NCBI GenBank assembly: GCA_001873115.1
Contig: MNYK01000110.1
Coordinates: 23,118-87,117 of the forward strand
DNA length: 64,000 nt
Source: Desulfobacterales bacterium CG2_30_60_27
Lineage (GTDB): Bacteria; Desulfobacterota; Desulfobulbia; Desulfobulbales; CG2-30-60-27
Direction: 5' to 3'
Positions within the stretch are counted from its first letter, which is position 1, and each line of letters starts with the position of its first letter. The position numbers and the translations under genes were made by a program. The notes below the pieces were generated by a model. It did not search any database. It had not been told where the DNA came from and saw only the letters and a program-made list of their open reading frames with translations. Below, one piece after another: positions 1-8,932 of this stretch.

Positions 1-49
1 GCCAGGCAGGTTAAGACAAAAATAAGGGTCAGAAACATTTTCATGCGGA

Positions 50-1414
50 TCATTCTCCCGTGGGACCGGTTACAGGCCGATCTTTTTTCTGCTTCAGAAA
101 CCGGCGCCACTTGGTAAGCCGGTCGTGAATCACCGCCTCAAAGCCCCGGCTGGTAGGCTGGTAATAGACCGTGCCCGCGAGTTTATCGGGCAGATGGTCC
201 TGGTCAACCAGGGCGTGCGGATCGTCGTGGGCATACTGATAACCAGCGCCGTAGCCCATCTCCTTCATCAGCCGGGTCGGCGCGTTCCGCAAATGCAGCG
301 GGACGGGCAGGGTGCCGGTGCGCTCTATTTCATGGCGGACCTTGTTGTAGGCCGCGTAGACCGCGTTGCTCTTCGGCGCCGTGGCCAGATAGATACAGGC
401 CTGGGCCAGGGCCAGTTCGCCTTCCGGTGTGCCAAGCATGTGAAATGCATCCCTGGCGTGCAGGGCCACGGCCAGGGCCTGGGGGTCGGCGTTGCCCACG
501 TCCTCGGAGGCGAAGCGGATGAGCCGCCGGGCAATATACAATGGCTCCTCGCCGGCCGCAAGCATCCTGGCCATCCAGTAGAGGGCGCCGTCCGGATCTG
601 AATCGCGCAGACTCTTGTGCAGGGCCGAGATGAGATTGTAATGCTCCTCGCCATCCTTGTCATAGCGCAGGCTGCGGCGCTGCAGGGCCTCTTCCACATC
701 CGCCAAAGTGATGTGCAGTTGGCCGTCCTCCGCGACCCGGGCCAGGGAGACGGCGGTTTCCAGCCCGTTCAAGGCCATGCGGCCATCCCCGTCCGCCATG
801 CGGGCCAGGTGTCGCAGCGCCTGCTCATCGCACTGTGGGTGCAATCCGCCCAGGCCGTGCTGAACATCGGCCAGGGCGCGACGCATGATGATTTCCAGCT
901 CATCGGCGGCCAGCGGGTTCAAGGTCAGCACCCGGCAGCGGGAGAGCAGCGGGGCGATTACCTGGAAGGACGGGTTTTCGGTGGTGGCTCCGATCAGGGT
1001 GACGAGGCCACTCTCCACGTGGGGCAGAAAGGCGTCCTGTTGGCCCTTGTTGAAGCGGTGGATCTCGTCGACAAAAAGAATGGTGGGCTGGTTGCTGGCC
1101 TCCTTGAGCAGCCGAGCCTGCTCGACGATGGCCCGGATCTCCTTGACCCCGGAGAGCACGGCGGAAAAGAAAACGAATTCGGCGCCGGATTCCCGAGCAA
1201 GAATGCGGGCCAGGGTGGTCTTGCCGGTACCGGGCGGCCCCCAGAGCAGCAGGGAGGGCACGGCATGTTGGGCCAGCAGGCGGGAGAGCAGCTTGTCTTT
1301 ACCCAGCAGATGGCCCTGGCCCACGAAATCAGCTAAAGTGTGAGGGCGCATCCTTTCGGCCAGGGGCGTAACGGCCTGGATGAGGTGGGGCTGTTTGGCA
1401 ACGGAAGTTTTCAT
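50..1414 (-). CDS. rarA: Replication-associated recombination protein A (AAA+ ATPase, RarA/MgsA family)
   Basis: ORF 50..1474. Walker [10 protein letters not shown], Walker B ILFVDEIHRF, ATTENPSF sensor, MgsA-type C-terminal domain. Start moved to MKTSVAK (ATG at 1414) because the upstream codons run into repeat and hairpin sequence. Confidence 0.9.
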   Translation of the reverse strand: MKTSVAKQPHLIQAVTPLAERMRPHTLADFVGQGHLLGKDKLLSRLLAQHAVPSLLLWGPPGTGKTTLARILARESGAEFVFFSAVLSGVKEIRAIVEQARLLKEASNQPTILFVDEIHRFNKGQQDAFLPHVESGLVTLIGATTENPSFQVIAPLLSRCRVLTLNPLAADELEIIMRRALADVQHGLGGLHPQCDEQALRHLARMADGDGRMALNGLETAVSLARVAEDGQLHITLADVEEALQRRSLRYDKDGEEHYNLISALHKSLRDSDPDGALYWMARMLAAGEEPLYIARRLIRFASEDVGNADPQALAVALHARDAFHMLGTPEGELALAQACIYLATAPKSNAVYAAYNKVRHEIERTGTLPVPLHLRNAPTRLMKEMGYGAGYQYAHDDPHALVDQDHLPDKLAGTVYYQPTSRGFEAVIHDRLTKWRRFLKQKKDRPVTGPTGE

Positions 1415-1478
1415 GGGTGAATCAGCAGGGTGCGCCGTGCGCCCCAATGGTGCTTGATGGTGCGCACGGCGCACCCTA

Positions 1479-1533
1479 CGACTGTCTACCTAACAGACTA
1501 CAGTCTAAAAAGCTAAACAACCTGCGCAGCTAC
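1479..1533. repeat. Partial/degenerate family-B MITE arm (CTAACAGACTACAGTCT...AACAACCTGCGCAGCTAC)
   Basis: Matches the right arm of the family-B elements at 29354-29438, 32842-33040 and 48958-49073. The terminus is degenerate (AGCTAC instead of AGTTAC). Confidence 0.55.
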
Positions 1534-1541
1534 ATTTTTTC

Positions 1542-1640
1542 GTAACTATCCAGCTTGTGTCGGCAGTCAAGCGTTCCCGGCCTGAAAATACTTTTCCAGT
1601 CCGGGAACTCCCCTGGGTTGCGGTTCTGCTGGATAGTTAC
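1542..1640. mobile_element. Family-A MITE, 99-bp form (TIR GTAACTATCCAGC / GCTGGATAGTTAC)
   Basis: Terminal inverted repeats are present. A perfect 8-bp direct duplication ATTTTTTC flanks it at 1534-1541 and 1641-1648. Homologous copies lie at 12723, 18077, 37325, 46904 and 48765. Confidence 0.85.
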
Positions 1641-3178
1641 ATTTTTTCAAGCTTTTTTATCTTGGCCAGCATGTCGGCCGCCTTGCCGTGCAGGTCGGCG
1701 TTGTCAGCGGTCAGCCTCATCGTCTCTTTAAGATGAAAGCGGGCCGACTCAACGTCGTCCTCAAACCAGTAATAGAGCCCGAGTTGGTAATGGCCGGCCG
1801 CTTTGTCGCCTTGGTGGGCCATGATCTGGCCGATCTGGTAATGGAGGCGCGACAGGGTGGGCAGGGCCTGCAAAATTTCCTCGTACAGGGCCAGGGCCTC
1901 GGGGTAACGCCCTTGTTGTTCCAAGGTTTTGGCAAGATAAAAGGCGGTATAGGCGCAGTCCGGCCGCAGGTCACGGGCCTGCCGGAAGAGGGCCAGGGCC
2001 TTTTCGTACTGACCGGCCTCGAAAAAGATTCGCCCCAGGTCGGTGCGCAGGATGGAGCGGTCCGGCATGATCTCCATCACTTTTCTTAGGGTCTCCTGGG
2101 CCTTGTCGAACTGGGCGTTGGCCAGATAGGCCTGGGAAAGACCATACAGCCGCATGGGATCAGGCAGTGTCTCCCCGGCCGTCGGGCGGCTGGTGGCTAA
2201 AAGGTGAACGAGGAGTTTGGCCGGATCCTTGGTGATGGAGAGCAGCCGGTACTTCAGGCGCTGAAACGGAAAGGGGTCCACGGCTGGATAGGTGGTCTTG
2301 GGGCCACTTTCCAGGAGATCCTGGATGTAACTCATGCGCAGGTCAGGATCTGGATGAGTGAGGAGGTAGGGGGGCATCTGGCTGGAGTTGAGCACGTTTT
2401 CCCGATGCATCTTGCGGAGCATGCCGACCATGGCGACCGGGTTTCTGTTCATGGCGCGCATATAGTCGTAGCCGACCCGGTCGGCCTCTTCTTCGTCCTG
2501 GCGACTGTACTTGAGCTGGGCGGTCTGGCCGGCCGCCATGCCACCGGTGATCAGGGCGCTGCCCACGTCGCCGCTGCCCGACGCGATGCCGGCCAGGACC
2601 AGGGCCAGGGTGGCGATGGTGATGGCCTTGGATTTCTCGGCCTGCTGGGCGATATGGCGGTGGATAACATGCCCGGTCTCATGGGCCATGACGCTTACCA
2701 GTTCGTCCTCCGTGTCCATGGCATCAATGAGACCGGTATAGACGAAGATGAGCCCCGAGGGCGCGGCAAAGGCGTTGAACTCATTTTTATCGACGATGAA
2801 GAATTTATGCTTGAAGAAATGCGAGTCCGCCTTCTGGAGGATTTCATTGCCCAGGCCAGTGACGTATTGCAGCAGGTCGGGTTCCTCGACGAGGCTGAAG
2901 TTGTGGCGGACAATGGCGAGCAGTTTTTCGCCGATTTCCTGCTCTTCGCCCACGCTCAGGGCATGGGCCGTGCGGACGCCCAAGCCGCCGCAAGCAGGGG
3001 CAAGTATCTGGGCCAGCAACGTGACGAGCAGCACGAGCCGGCCAGCCCAACCCAGCCTGGCAGGGTGGCGCAGTGGGCGACCAGCGGGCAATGGCGATTG
3101 TTTGCCGGTCGGCAGGCAGGTTTTATGCAACGGTTTTAAACAGCTCATAAGTGGGATGCCGGATCGCGCGTCCAGCAA
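1637..3178 (-). CDS. M48-family Zn metalloprotease with C-terminal TPR repeats (BepA/YfgC-like), secreted
   Basis: HETGHVIHRH (HExxH) zinc motif, N-terminal hydrophobic signal and a TPR-like C-terminal half. The stop codon TAA lies inside the MITE terminus. Confidence 0.85.
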   Translation of the reverse strand: MLDARSGIPLMSCLKPLHKTCLPTGKQSPLPAGRPLRHPARLGWAGRLVLLVTLLAQILAPACGGLGVRTAHALSVGEEQEIGEKLLAIVRHNFSLVEEPDLLQYVTGLGNEILQKADSHFFKHKFFIVDKNEFNAFAAPSGLIFVYTGLIDAMDTEDELVSVMAHETGHVIHRHIAQQAEKSKAITIATLALVLAGIASGSGDVGSALITGGMAAGQTAQLKYSRQDEEEADRVGYDYMRAMNRNPVAMVGMLRKMHRENVLNSSQMPPYLLTHPDPDLRMSYIQDLLESGPKTTYPAVDPFPFQRLKYRLLSITKDPAKLLVHLLATSRPTAGETLPDPMRLYGLSQAYLANAQFDKAQETLRKVMEIMPDRSILRTDLGRIFFEAGQYEKALALFRQARDLRPDCAYTAFYLAKTLEQQGRYPEALALYEEILQALPTLSRLHYQIGQIMAHQGDKAAGHYQLGLYYWFEDDVESARFHLKETMRLTADNADLHGKAADMLAKIKKLEKM

Positions 3179-3214
3179 CTATCCGGGTCGTCTCTTCGTG
3201 CCAGGCTAAATCGG

Positions 3215-5260
3215 CTATTCTGTGGTAATGGTGACGCTCTCCACCATGACATCGGTAAGTGGCTTATCGTTCGCATCGGTTGGCACGGTATTGATGTCCT
3301 GCACCACGTCCAACCCCTCCACCACCCGACCGAAGATGGTATGCACGCCGTCCAGCCAGGCAGTCGGTTCAACCGTGATGAAGAACTGGCTGCCACCGGT
3401 GTTGGGCCCAGCGTTGGCCATGGAGAGGGTGCCGGCGGCATCATGGATCAGCAGCAGATGGTTGGCCCCATCCTTGGGAAACTCGTCAACAATTTCATAA
3501 CCAGGCCCACCCGTGCCGTTAGCCAGCGGATCACCGCCCTGATTCATGAATCCGGCGATCACCCGGTGAAAGATGAGGCCATCATAGAAATCGGCCTTGG
3601 CCAGGCGGATAAAATTCTTGGTGGTCAAGGGTACCAGATCCTCAAAAAGTTGCAGCTTGATTGTCCCCAAAGTGGTCACCAGCACCGCGAAGCGGTTGTT
3701 CGGGAAGTTGTCACCAATGCCATCATGGTTCAGGTCGGCCCACTCCTCCTCGTCCAGCGGGAAGGAATCGTCGGCATCAAGATAGCCATCGTTGTCGTCA
3801 TCCGGATCCACCGCGTTGTCCAGGCCATCGTTGTCAGTGTCCAGCGGATGAATATCGCTGGCATCGGTGCGGCTGTCGCCGTCGTCATCCAGATCGGCAT
3901 TATTGCCAATGCCGTCACTGTCAGTATCCACCGACTCGGTTGGGTCCAGCGGGAAGGCATCCGCATTATCCCCCACCCCATCGCCATCGGTATCCACCGA
4001 CTCGGTGTCGTCCAACGGGAAGGCGTCAGCGGCGTCTAGAACCCCGTCGTTGTCGTCGTCCAGATCAGCATTGTTGCCAATGCCGTCAGCGTCGGTATCC
4101 ACCGACTCGGCAGGATCCAGCGGAAAGGCATCGACGGCATCCAGAGAGCCATCATTGTCGTCATCAAGGTCGTTCATATCAGGAATGCCGTCGCCATCCG
4201 TGTCCAGGTCGGCGGAAAATTTCTGAATCCGGAACAGATGCAGCCCGGTGGTCTCATCCGTCGCCACCAGCAGGTCGCCATCCACGGCAATCCCGGTGAC
4301 CTCGCCGCCGGTTTCTACCCGATAGACCATTTTGGGCGCCGCCACGTCATGGATATCCACCACGGCAATGCCGTTGTGGCCGTCCGCCATATAGGCGTAA
4401 TGATCCTGAACAACGATCTGGTAGGCGTTCTCGTCAGCCCCGGTAGGGTTAATTTTGTCTGTGGTGGCAAGGGAGGAGACAATAAAGTCAGAGGTTCTGC
4501 TACTATCATAAATATAAAGACCGCTGCCTTCACCAGCTAGCAGCAAATAGTCGCCGTATTTAGCCATGGACCAAATTCTAAAACTGGCAGCAAGAGTCCC
4601 AATCTGTCTGGTGGATGCGGGTTCTTTTATATCGAGGATGGTGAATCCATTTATTCTAGTGGAAAAAATCATAAATGATTGTGCAACATAGGCAAAATCG
4701 CCGTCGACGACGCATGTAGAGAAACCACCAAACTGGTCACCATAGTTCCCCAACATTGCCGGGTTACGTGGATCGCTGGCGTCAAAGACCGTGAACTTAC
4801 TGTTATCACTTAAAAAAAGATTGGTACCTCTGGAACTTGCAGACCAAGCGAAATCTTGATCCGCCGTATTGTAACTACCGACAAGAACAGGAAGCGTTGG
4901 CTGCGAAACGTCCACCGTGAACATCCCGCCATTGCCGGCGGCAACATAAACGTAATTTTCTAATTTTGTGATAGAAATTGGCTCAGCAGTTGCGTCATTA
5001 AATTCCAGGTGCGCTACCTGCTGGAATACATTCCCGGAAATATCAAAAACCAGAAGTCCTTTGTCCAGCGTGGCTACATAGACATAATCGCCATCTTTGA
5101 CCACGGCATGACTTTGACCATCGGTCGCGAACGCATCAAGCGCAGTCAGCCGTACGCTGGTCGTGGGCGAGGTGTTTGGCGCCGGCGCGTCATCACCGCT
5201 ATTGCAGCCCGCGAGAAAAAGCCCCAGGAAAAGACCAAACCCCACCAGCAGATGTTTCAT
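3215..5260 (-). CDS. Lipoprotein: seven-blade LVIVD-repeat beta-propeller + thrombospondin type-3 Ca-binding repeats + C-terminal cyclophilin-type peptidyl-prolyl isomerase
   Basis: ORF 3215..5281. Likely start is [19 protein letters not shown] (lipobox LAGC, ATG at 5260). Seven repeats of the YVYVA..G..V.D.S type. DxDxDGxxDxxD runs. Cyclophilin motifs [32 protein letters not shown]. Confidence 0.85.
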   Translation of the reverse strand: MKHLLVGFGLFLGLFLAGCNSGDDAPAPNTSPTTSVRLTALDAFATDGQSHAVVKDGDYVYVATLDKGLLVFDISGNVFQQVAHLEFNDATAEPISITKLENYVYVAAGNGGMFTVDVSQPTLPVLVGSYNTADQDFAWSASSRGTNLFLSDNSKFTVFDASDPRNPAMLGNYGDQFGGFSTCVVDGDFAYVAQSFMIFSTRINGFTILDIKEPASTRQIGTLAASFRIWSMAKYGDYLLLAGEGSGLYIYDSSRTSDFIVSSLATTDKINPTGADENAYQIVVQDHYAYMADGHNGIAVVDIHDVAAPKMVYRVETGGEVTGIAVDGDLLVATDETTGLHLFRIQKFSADLDTDGDGIPDMNDLDDDNDGSLDAVDAFPLDPAESVDTDADGIGNNADLDDDNDGVLDAADAFPLDDTESVDTDGDGVGDNADAFPLDPTESVDTDSDGIGNNADLDDDGDSRTDASDIHPLDTDNDGLDNAVDPDDDNDGYLDADDSFPLDEEEWADLNHDGIGDNFPNNRFAVLVTTLGTIKLQLFEDLVPLTTKNFIRLAKADFYDGLIFHRVIAGFMNQGGDPLANGTGGPGYEIVDEFPKDGANHLLLIHDAAGTLSMANAGPNTGGSQFFITVEPTAWLDGVHTIFGRVVEGLDVVQDINTVPTDANDKPLTDVMVESVTITTE

Positions 5261-5489
5261 AGGCCTATTTATCCGTTGCACCGATCATACTCCCCGGAAA
5301 TACAAATCATAAAGTGCGGAACCATGCCCCGCCATTGCAAAAAAAGTCTGCCGCGGCTCCATTGGCATCGCCAGCCTCATGTCTGGCAACCAGGCTGCCG
5401 CGCCGCAAGAAAGGCAGTATAAACAAATTGTTAAAAAAAATCTTGGGGAATTAGCAAGAAAACCGTCCAGACCGCCGATGGTTGATCCT

Positions 5490-6635
5490 TCAGCGCGGGG
5501 CCTGGTAGCCGCCGGCCACCCCGGTAGGCGACAGCACGAGCTGCCAGACCTGGGTGCGGCGAGCCCGGAAGGAGCCGGCGCAGGAGAGCAGGTAGTATTT
5601 CCACATCCGGTAGAAGCGGTCGCCGTACTGCGCGCTGATCTCCGGCCAGCGGCTGGCAAAATTGCGGAACCAGGCCATGAGGGTCGTATCGTAATCCACC
5701 CCGAAGTTGTGCCAGTCCTCCAGGATGAAGATTCCCTCCAACGATTGGCAGAGTTGCCGTTTGGAGGGCAGCACGGCATTGGGGAAGATGTAGCGGTCAA
5801 TCCACGGGTCGATGGTGGACTCCGTGGTGTTGCTGCCGATGGTGTGCAGCAGGAAGAGGCCGTCCGGCCGGAGGTTGCGTCGCACTACCTCCATGAAGAG
5901 CCGGTAATTTTTGAAGCCGACGTGCTCGAACATGCCGATGGAGAAGACGCGGTCAAAGGTTTCCCTGAGCGTCCGGTAGTCATCAAGCCGGATGTCCACC
6001 GGCCAGCCCTGGCACCACTCCCTGGCATAGGCCGCCTGCTCACGGGATACGGTAACCCCGACCACCGAAACGCCGTACTTTTCCGCCATGTAGCGCGCGG
6101 CCCCGCCCCAGCCGCAGCCGATGTCCAGCACCCGCATGCCGGGCGTAAGGCCAAGTTTGCGGCAGATCAACTCCAGCTTGGCCTCCTGCGCCTCGGCCAG
6201 GGTGGTGGCGTTTTTCCAATAGCCGCAACTGTAGATAAGCCGCTCGTCCAGCATGCGCCGATAAAGGTCATTGCCGATGTCATAATGATGCCGGCCGACC
6301 TGAAAGGCGCGGGAGGGCCGCTGCAGATTCACCAGTCTGGCCCACAGACAGGTGCACAGCGTTCGCCAGCAGGTCACCCGTTCCGCCAGACCGGTGCCGA
6401 GCAAGCGGTGGAAAAAATGATCCAGGGCGGCCGCGTCCCACCAGCCGTTCATGTATGATTCACCCAGTCCCATGGAACCCCGGGAGAGAACCACCGGGAA
6501 AACCCTCTCGTCAAGCACCTGCATATCCCACGGATCGGCGCCATTGATCGCAATGCCTGCTTCGGCCAAAAGGCCCTGCACCCGCCGACGGAATATGTCC
6601 CGCGCCATGGCTTGCCTCCTGCTTTGGCGTATCAA
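5490..6635 (-). CDS. cfa: Cyclopropane-fatty-acyl-phospholipid synthase (SAM-dependent methyltransferase)
   Basis: SAM motif VLDIGCGWGGAARYMAEKYG and CFA-synthase-like length and C-terminal WRMWKYYL motif. Confidence 0.85.
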   Translation of the reverse strand: MIRQSRRQAMARDIFRRRVQGLLAEAGIAINGADPWDMQVLDERVFPVVLSRGSMGLGESYMNGWWDAAALDHFFHRLLGTGLAERVTCWRTLCTCLWARLVNLQRPSRAFQVGRHHYDIGNDLYRRMLDERLIYSCGYWKNATTLAEAQEAKLELICRKLGLTPGMRVLDIGCGWGGAARYMAEKYGVSVVGVTVSREQAAYAREWCQGWPVDIRLDDYRTLRETFDRVFSIGMFEHVGFKNYRLFMEVVRRNLRPDGLFLLHTIGSNTTESTIDPWIDRYIFPNAVLPSKRQLCQSLEGIFILEDWHNFGVDYDTTLMAWFRNFASRWPEISAQYGDRFYRMWKYYLLSCAGSFRARRTQVWQLVLSPTGVAGGYQAPR

Positions 6636-6713
6636 AATTCCTTGCTTGCCTTGATCGCCACCAATCCCCTATCTTTTTGATAGACGTTTACAAACAAAAT
6701 TGCAAGCCGGCCG

Positions 6714-8180
6714 TTACCGTGTCGTCCGCTGCCCCGCTTCGCCACCGACCGGGCTTATGGACCCGGTTTCCTTGCCTGGCATGGAACGCAGGGTAATAAG
6801 GGTGATTTCGCCGGGACAGTTGAAGCGCAGGGGTACGCCCGAGGCCCCGGCGCCCCGGTTGGTATAGCCCTGCATGCCATTGACCCGCCAGCGCCCCTCG
6901 GCGGTATACCGGGGTGCCCGGCTGTTGGTGACCAGCGGGCCACGACCGGGCAGGCGAATCTGGCCGCCGTGGGTGTGGCCGCAAAGATACAATCCCGGGC
7001 CATAGGCCGACGCCGCGCGGCAGGCCTCCGGGGAGTGGGCCAGCAAAATGCAGCAGCCGTGCTCATCCACCTTGCGGTAAGCCATGTCCAGATCATGCAC
7101 CTGGTAATAATGGGGGTCATCGATGCCGACAAGCCATAGATACTGGCCGTCCTTTTCCAGCCGCCAGGCATCGTTGACCAGCATGAGCAGGCCGGCCTCC
7201 TCGAAATCGGGCAGCATTTCAATGCAATCATGGTTGCCCAGCACCCCGAACACGCCGTAGGGTGCGGTAAGATTGGCCAGCAGGCGCCGCAGTTGCCGCA
7301 GGGAGGGGGCCATGGGGCCATACAGTTCCATGCGCACGTCGCCACCGATCAGGCAGAGGTCATAGGAGAGCGGCACGACCTTGTCGATAATCGCCTCGGT
7401 CAAGCCTTGCAGCCCGTCCAGATGGAGGTCGGAGAGAAAGAGGATACGGAAGCCGTCAAAGGCCGCCGGCAGACAGGCCAGTTGAAACTCCTGTTCCACC
7501 ACCAGGGGGCGCAGGACATTACGCTGACCCCGTCTGTACAGCCCCATGGTCATGAATAAGGTGGCGAGGAAGAGACGGTGATAGAGAAAATCAGGGAAAT
7601 GGAGGTAGACCTGATAGCGGGCCAGCGGGGTATGGCAGGCGCGCCATTCCTTGAGCCGCACCGTGGAGCGGACGATGCGAGAATAGTTTGCCATGGCCGG
7701 CCGGAAGAGCAGGAGCTTCCAGAAGCGGGCCCCGCAAAGGGCCAGGGGCATGAAGATGGCCACGGCGCCAACCGGCGCCCACCAGGCAAGATCCAGCACC
7801 GCGCCCAGATACCAGGCCGGCCAGAGCCCCTCTAGTAATTGGTCAAACACGACCACCGTGGCGCCGCTCGCCAGTCCGGCCCGGCGTTTCACGAAACTGG
7901 TGAGCAGGTCACCGATAACAACGAGCAACGCGGCCAGGCCAGCCTGCTCCCAGCGCACGCCCAGCAGGGGAAAGACCAGGCTGCCGCCGGCCAGGATCGC
8001 CAGCACTCCCCGCAGGGTCTTGTGGGGCCCGAACAGGGGTTGACCATCAAGCCAGTGGCCGCCACCGTCCACGGGCCGGGCGAAGCGGTCGGCCGTAAGC
8101 AGGCTGGCCAGGGGCGGCAGCAGGTTGGCCCAGAGCAGAAAACCGGCGATGCGTAAAAGATCCATCATGGTCCTGCCCAA
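6714..8180 (-). CDS. Fusion protein: N-terminal CarS-like (CDP-archaeol synthase / DUF46-type) membrane domain + C-terminal calcineurin-like metallophosphoesterase
   Basis: N-terminal part has RPVDGG..DG.PLFGPHKTLRG and GDLLTSFVKRR motifs in a polytopic membrane region. C-terminal part has LSDLHLDG, GGDV, GNHD and GHTHGG phosphoesterase motifs. Confidence 0.75.
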   Translation of the reverse strand: MGRTMMDLLRIAGFLLWANLLPPLASLLTADRFARPVDGGGHWLDGQPLFGPHKTLRGVLAILAGGSLVFPLLGVRWEQAGLAALLVVIGDLLTSFVKRRAGLASGATVVVFDQLLEGLWPAWYLGAVLDLAWWAPVGAVAIFMPLALCGARFWKLLLFRPAMANYSRIVRSTVRLKEWRACHTPLARYQVYLHFPDFLYHRLFLATLFMTMGLYRRGQRNVLRPLVVEQEFQLACLPAAFDGFRILFLSDLHLDGLQGLTEAIIDKVVPLSYDLCLIGGDVRMELYGPMAPSLRQLRRLLANLTAPYGVFGVLGNHDCIEMLPDFEEAGLLMLVNDAWRLEKDGQYLWLVGIDDPHYYQVHDLDMAYRKVDEHGCCILLAHSPEACRAASAYGPGLYLCGHTHGGQIRLPGRGPLVTNSRAPRYTAEGRWRVNGMQGYTNRGAGASGVPLRFNCPGEITLITLRSMPGKETGSISPVGGEAGQRTTR

Positions 8181-8187
8181 AAAGCCG

Positions 8188-8931
8188 TCAATTTTTCCCC
8201 TTGCGCAGTTCGTTGTTCAGCCAGTCGAGACGGCTCCACAGGCCTTGCAGAACGGTGACCTCCCAAGTGGAGAGGCCGGCCCGGCCAAACATGCGGCGGA
8301 AGGCCCGCAAAATATGATCCGGATTTTTGGGATTAAGGAAACCAATCTCCGCCAGGCTCTGTCGCATATGGGCGAACATGGCCGCGACCCCCGCGGCGGC
8401 GGCCGGGGTGCTAACGCCCGCCTGCCCGGGGCTGGCCGTCGTCGGGAGGCGGCTGAACATTTCATACAGGCAAATGGCGACCGCATGGGAAAGGTTCATC
8501 GAGGGCAGGGCGGCGCTGGTTGGGATGGTAAGCAGGTGATGGCAGCAGTCCAGTTCCGCGGTGGTCAGGCCGCTGTCCTCCCGGCCGAAGACCAGGGCGA
8601 TGCGGACCGCCATGGCCTGTTCGCCAACCAGGATGGCGGCCTGCCGGGGCGACAGGAAGTCCTCTCGATATTTGCCGAAGCGGCGGGTGGTACCGAAGAC
8701 CAGATGGCAGTCCGCCACGGCGGCGGCCAGATCGTCAAAAACCCTCGCCTCGGTGAGCACCCGGCCGGCCCGCACCGCCATATGCCGGGCCTCGTCACCC
8801 AGATGGTCGGCCTCGGGGCGCACCAGCCGTAACGCGCTGACGCCGAAATTCATCATGGCCCGGCCCACCGCCCCGATGTTGCGCGCCCCTTGCGGCCCTG
8901 TCAGGACTATGTAAATTTCACGGGTACTCAA
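8188..8931 (-). CDS. trmJ: SpoU/TrmH-family RNA 2'-O-methyltransferase (TrmJ-like)
   Basis: N-terminal IVLTGPQGARNIGAVGRAMMNFG and C-terminal knot motifs IPTS..PSMNLSHAV. About 245 aa. Confidence 0.7.
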   Translation of the reverse strand: MSTREIYIVLTGPQGARNIGAVGRAMMNFGVSALRLVRPEADHLGDEARHMAVRAGRVLTEARVFDDLAAAVADCHLVFGTTRRFGKYREDFLSPRQAAILVGEQAMAVRIALVFGREDSGLTTAELDCCHHLLTIPTSAALPSMNLSHAVAICLYEMFSRLPTTASPGQAGVSTPAAAAGVAAMFAHMRQSLAEIGFLNPKNPDHILRAFRRMFGRAGLSTWEVTVLQGLWSRLDWLNNELRKGKN

Positions 8932-8932
8932 G

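Noticed and set aside
1415-1474. The N-terminal extension of rarA (MRRAHHQAPLGRTAHPADSP) and similar upstream extensions of several ORFs (HK 10904-11053, cimA 58218-58274, PhnD-like 40700-40798, serC 46763-46798).
   Set aside because: The extensions lack RBSs and have improbable composition. In some cases they overlap hairpins, repeats or the neighbouring gene. Internal ATGs align with conserved N-termini or signal peptides and have Shine-Dalgarno sequences.
3750-4200. Periodic DNA repeats that could be mistaken for a CRISPR-like or tandem-repeat array.
   Set aside because: They are in-frame coding repeats for thrombospondin type-3 Ca-binding motifs (DxDxDGxxDxxD) within the lipoprotein gene. 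The repeats are imperfect and contiguous, with no spacer architecture.
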